Origin: an uncultured Candidatus Saccharibacteria bacterium
GTDB lineage: Bacteria > Patescibacteriota > Minisyncoccia > Phycocordibacterales > GWA1-40-21
Direction of reading: 5' to 3'
Assembly: GCA_964583845.1 (NCBI GenBank)
Contig: CAZOXG010000002.1
Coordinates: forward strand, 1-41,118
DNA length: 41,118 nt
A program made the position numbers and the translations under genes. The notes under the pieces were generated by a model, which made no database searches, was not told the DNA's origin, and saw only the letters and a list, made by a program, of their open reading frames with translations. Below, one piece after another: positions 40,368 through 41,118 of the stretch (position 1 is the first letter of the stretch; the number at the start of each line of letters is the position of its first letter).

Positions 40368-40408
40368 AACCCGGTTTTTTCACAAGCAAAAAACCGGACT
40401 TTGTTTTT
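40368..40408 (+). terminator. intrinsic terminator after dnaX
   Basis: CCGGTTTTTT-7 nt-AAAAAACCGG followed by a T-rich tail. Confidence 0.65.
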
Positions 40409-40415
40409 ATCGACT

Positions 40416-40444
40416 TTGACAAATCAATAAAAACATGATAAACA
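40416..40444 (+). promoter_or_regulatory. candidate promoter of the 40489 gene
   Basis: TTGACA, 17-nt spacer, TAAACA. 20/25 nt shared with 22040-22064. Confidence 0.5.
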
Positions 40445-40488
40445 ATATAATGAAGTTCTAGTACCAATTTATAACGGAGGAAGTGACA

Positions 40489-40947
40489 ATGAACAAGACT
40501 TTTTGTTTGAAGGCCGAGATCTTGACCGGAAACACAGTTTCAGTCTTTGAATTTCGCGGACATGTACACAAGCAGTCCCCAATCGGACTTATTCTTGATG
40601 AAACTCAATTCTACTCGACCTGGGGTGAGGTACCGTCTGGTATCCACCATGAAATCGAAATCTTGAGACCGCCGGTCTGGGTCAATGACAACTGGCCGGC
40701 GAGAATTCATACTTATCGGCCGGTAACTGACAACACCAGACACTTCGTATGCTATCCGCGACCGATTCCGGATGAGAGGAAACTTGAAGAAGTTATCAAG
40801 TTGTGGTGTGTGGGTACGGCTTATACACTGCTTACAGATAATGACTTTCAGTTACACCCACTGATAGTCGCTGGCAATAAGCCTGCTTTCTTCGAGGAGA
40901 TGGAGCGAGTCTACGGTATCCGTTTCCTCACGTTCGAGATACTCTGA
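40489..40947 (+). CDS. hypothetical protein (higher-GC ORFan)
   Basis: GGAGGAAG 6 nt before the ATG at 40489 (the track start at 40483 is a GTG). 152 aa. No motif recognised. Confidence 0.7.
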   Translation: MNKTFCLKAEILTGNTVSVFEFRGHVHKQSPIGLILDETQFYSTWGEVPSGIHHEIEILRPPVWVNDNWPARIHTYRPVTDNTRHFVCYPRPIPDERKLEEVIKLWCVGTAYTLLTDNDFQLHPLIVAGNKPAFFEEMERVYGIRFLTFEIL

Positions 40948-41066
40948 AAACGAGATCTGAATGTTAATCAAAACCATCGCGCATGCTGTGCCGGTGGTTT
41001 TATATTTAAATACTGGATTTTATTATTCTTTTATAGTAAATTAGAGCAGTTAGTTGAAAGTGTTAT

Positions 41067-41118
41067 TGCCAGATCGTCTAAAGGTAGGACAGTGGCCTTT
41101 GAAGCCATCAATCTTGGT
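41067..41118 (+). tRNA. tRNA-Gln (anticodon UUG), 5' part only, truncated by the window end
   Basis: TGCCAGA acceptor strand, D arm GTCT-AAAGGTA-GGAC, anticodon stem GTGGC/GCCAT, loop CTTTGAA. Confidence 0.7.

Overview
Low-GC bacterial chromosome segment. The very compact housekeeping genes suggest a small-genome lineage such as Patescibacteria/CPR, but that is inference only. The backbone carries rbfA-infB, a cysteine desulfurase, clpB, alr, rpmG, a canonical Nudix hydrolase, a PAP2 phosphatase, miaA, parB, a short RelA/SpoT homologue, topA, dprA, serS, an ftsQ-like gene, dus and a short dnaX. There are 7 complete tRNA genes (Leu-UAG, Lys-CUU, Leu-UAA, Cys-GCA, Tyr-GUA, Trp-CCA, Leu-CAA) and a partial tRNA-Gln at the right edge. 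Two unusual layers sit on this backbone. (1) At least 10 copies of one ORF-less, hairpin-rich mini-element of about 85-260 bp. Each lies immediately 3' of a gene (all 7 complete tRNAs, plus topA), behind a bidirectional terminator. Each is bracketed by an inverted copy and a decayed direct copy of that gene's own 3' end. At topA the element has replaced the last ~23 codons, and the displaced native tail differs from the in-use tail only at synonymous sites. At three tRNAs the copies are stacked in tandem. This looks like a modular family (conserved core plus target-matched arms) of site-specific insertion elements or RNAs with no recombinase in the window. I cannot assign it to any family I know. 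(2) About a dozen single-gene or small islands of visibly higher G+C are scattered between housekeeping genes. They encode proteins I do not recognise, and several (not all) have near-consensus sigma70 promoters, strong RBS, long structured leaders and strong terminators. They include an SPFH-like plus 6-TM operon, three divergent Nudix-fold paralogues (only one with an intact Nudix box), and a HEAT-repeat/kinase-like gene bracketed by 52-bp direct repeats. Two of these genes share a leader hairpin with a compensatory base-pair change. No CRISPR array, rRNA, transposase or integrase gene was seen. All family calls are by eye from translations; no database search was possible.
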